In this document: positions 6,254 to 6,322 of the stretch, one piece after another
Layout of the letters: each line of letters begins with the position of its first letter
Position numbering within the stretch: the first letter of the stretch is position 1
Assembly (NCBI RefSeq): GCF_006345805.1
Contig: NW_021829390.1
Span: 1-6,322 of the forward strand
Length of the DNA stretch: 6,322 nt
Direction: 5' to 3'
Origin: Octopus sinensis
Lineage: Eukaryota
Notes under the pieces: generated by a model
Seen by the model: only the letters and a program-made list of their open reading frames with translations
The model's database searches: none
Told to the model about the DNA's origin: nothing
Translations under genes and position numbers: made by a program

Positions 6254-6322
6254 ACATCACACACTCACACAAACACACACACACACATATATTATACAGC
6301 TAGAGAAGAGTGTGTGCGTGCG
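6254..6322. repeat. (CA)n/(GT)n microsatellite at the window end
   Basis: Read directly. Confidence 0.85.

Noticed and set aside
1-6322. CRISPR array, prokaryotic operon or defence system
   Set aside because: There is no regularly spaced repeat-spacer structure or gene-dense coding; the sequence is clearly metazoan repeat-rich DNA.

Overview
Repeat-rich eukaryotic non-coding DNA, most likely from an octopus (coleoid cephalopod). This is inferred from the tRNA-derived SINE family, recognised from memory, and the microsatellite density. I can support no intact protein-coding gene; nearly all listed ORFs are translations of microsatellites or low-complexity sequence. Contents in order: a C/A-rich (CCA)n-derived tract (~30-890); a decayed, frameshifted L1/Tx1-clade LINE ORF2 C-terminal fragment with a broken CCHC zinc knuckle (~1040-1508); a near-canonical type I hammerhead ribozyme fold of the Penelope-associated minimal type, one A short of the consensus core (1698-1793); compound microsatellites; a probable SINE 3' tail with an (ATT)n run; three copies of one SINE family (one minus strand, two plus strand); a 179-bp near-perfect hairpin (84/86-nt arms, 9-nt spacer) flanked by TA dinucleotides, read as a MITE-like element (3811-3989); and an unclassified repeat-like segment (~4681-4980). 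The hammerhead candidate and the long hairpin are the most interesting items.
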